From Basidiobolus meristosporus CBS 931.73 (Eukaryota; Fungi; Basidiobolomycota): a DNA stretch of 64,000 bases. Location of the stretch: the NCBI GenBank assembly GCA_002104905.1, contig MCFE01000054.1, positions 62,001-126,000 of the forward strand. Direction: 5' to 3'. The notes under the pieces are model-generated. The model saw only the letters and a program-made list of their open reading frames with translations. It had not been told where the DNA came from and searched no databases. This document shows positions 62,014 through 64,000 of this stretch, in pieces; the first letter of the stretch is position 1, and every line of letters begins with the position of its first letter. The position numbers were made by a program, and so were the translations under genes.

Positions 62014-64000
62014 GTTTGCGAATGGCTTCTGAGACGTCACAAAGACCGTGGTTTGTGTTGAAGTGGAAAAATTGATTTCCTATCAATCAAACTGCACGGC
62101 AAGATGAAGAAAATTGGCCGCCTAGTGGACCTTTTTTCGTTTAGACCAGCTCCTAAGCAACTTTGGGCAATTTCGTATTTAGCTGGATCTTTGGTCATGA
62201 AGTCTCCACCATCTTATGCTCGATTTCTTGTTTATGATTCATATTTTTGTGATGACGTCTATCTCAGGCCTGGCCCATCATGGCTTAACTTTAAACCAGA
62301 ATCTTGTAGGGTGTTTAGTGCAACACACTCGAAGTATGGTTCAGCGCAAGCTGCATAAACCAATCCAACTAGTACCAAAAAGCCCTCGCCGCCACTGCGC
62401 CAGTCAACACCTGGGCTAGATGTTGATGGTTGCCAGCATCAAGGCTGTGATATTCCTAGATGCCTCAAATGCAAACTAACCAGGCATCAGCAATGCCGCC
62501 TTGAAGTCTATGAACGGTCGATTTGGCAGCAGCGAAGCGGAAGTATTCTCCGAAAACAAAGGTGACGCCATTTGGATATTCTCTTGACAAATATATAATG
62601 AGCGGGTGATTGATTGGCCAACGGCGGATTGTTTGTTGTCAAGCACCCGTATCCTCTACACCCCATTTACCATAAAAGTTGACGGCAACGAAAATTTCTG
62701 CGCTGAATCACCAACACAAATTGACTAGATTGCGATTTATCTTTTCTGGGTTTTGATACTTCGCCAGGAATGATCCATGAATGGGATTCTTGGCAAGGGA
62801 AGCCAGCCAATCGCCACAGGTCCAGCTATTATTGCTACCACATCTCACCAATTAAGGTCGGGCTCAGGGGTTTGTCCTATCTGTTGTTTAAATGCGAAAG
62901 CAGCGGTCTGCATACCCAACGAACTTCTATTTCGGGGATTCTAGGAAAGTGGCAGTTGATTTGTTTCACTGATAGCATGTCTGGCGAGCACGCTGCAGGG
63001 TGCCGTTGCCTGTTTGTCGAGGCAGCCGAATGGATGTATTAACCCGCGGACAACCAACATGATGTGTGACTCCTAGGCCATCTAGTGTGCCCCATGGCCA
63101 CGTAGGAGCCACGAGATTACGCCGTATAAGCAAAAACGAACATGATATCAGGTTAATCAGAGAATATCGGGGTGGATGTTTTGGACCATTCTCTCTCTGC
63201 CAGTCACCCAATCACTCCTTCTCCCTAGCCTCACATGCGCCGGATTCCCAATCATCAGCCAGGAACATGGCGACCCCAAATCAGATGGCCAAATTAAGCT
63301 GGGTGTAGGACGTTCGAGGTCATTCGGCAATCTTGGTCAAGCAATACATTATGCGAGTTGGGTTGAACATCCCTCAGTTTATTCCGTATCACCATACGAG
63401 CCACCAGTCTAAATCACGAAAATCTCGAATGGGTATGCACTCTGGTGGAAACACGGCGGTTTCCAAATTCAACGGACGAAGCCTAGTATATTGAATGAAT
63501 CCTACAATACGAGAGTGTCACAAATTTGATGCCAAGGGACTATTTGGTCGAAGTGCGTACGCTCACATCAGATGGCAATTCGTGAATCATCCACTTGCAC
63601 GCCAATTAGTGGATTGGGCTCATATTGGGTAGAGCGGTCTACGTATTGGCATCAGCCCCGTAAGAGGTGGTCAACCTCACTGCCCTGGAAAGCCTGGCGA
63701 CCCCAGCATCCATGCCAGATGGCCGTGAATCGGTAGGAGAAAACCTTACTCCGCTATCAACGGCTCTGCTGCCCATCCAGCCGAGCGTTATTGGTGCGCT
63801 ATGGAAGTATACCCTACACGAGAGCGTGGGGTCGGACTGATAAGCCTCCTGGCTGATCGTAGTGGCTCATTTATCAGGAATTCCACGCACACTGCGCAAA
63901 TCTATTGGACTCGAACAAAGATAGCTGTGGCTCAGGTTTAACTGACAGTTTCACTAACCTGGCTTTCCAAATCCGTGAAATCCCAATTCAATCATGTCCC

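Noticed and set aside
63300-63330. tRNA (GTTCGA T-loop-like motif)
   Set aside because: No 5-bp T stem or cloverleaf can be built.
62104-63412. Short ORFs upstream of RNA15 as genes
   Set aside because: No recognisable domains or consistent exon structure.
63680-63900. RNase P/MRP RNA or hammerhead ribozyme
   Set aside because: GGAAAG and CTGATAAG only partly resemble the cores; the required pairings were not found.

Overview
Eukaryotic, most likely fungal DNA (inferred from short spliceosomal introns and a fungal-type RNA15/CstF-64 protein). Bases 1 to ~60,240 are a CpG-depleted block of nested, mostly decayed transposons: Ty3/gypsy and Ty1/copia LTR retrotransposons, at least six LTR families, five pieces of a CMC/EnSpm (CACTA-type) DNA transposon with CCCTATG ends, and four pieces of a two-gene PHIS (Pangu-like) DNA transposon with AGACTTGTTCC TIRs and 3-bp ANT target duplications. 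CpG frequency returns to normal abruptly at a poly-C tract near 60,260. The only host gene is a 10-exon RNA15/CSTF2 homologue on the minus strand (60,463-62,013). Main observations: (1) its RRM can only be rebuilt through a 185-nt AT-AC intron with a U2-like, not U12-like, donor (ATAGGT) whose +4..+14 bases can form a perfect 11-bp stem; (2) the PHIS transposase gene has essentially no CpG while its partner ORF is CpG-rich; (3) a PEG10-type -1 frameshift cassette (GGGAAAC plus an 11-bp hairpin); (4) alternating-orientation nesting of one copia family, including a hairpin micro-inversion in one LTR. All coordinates and counts were read by eye; no database searches were run.
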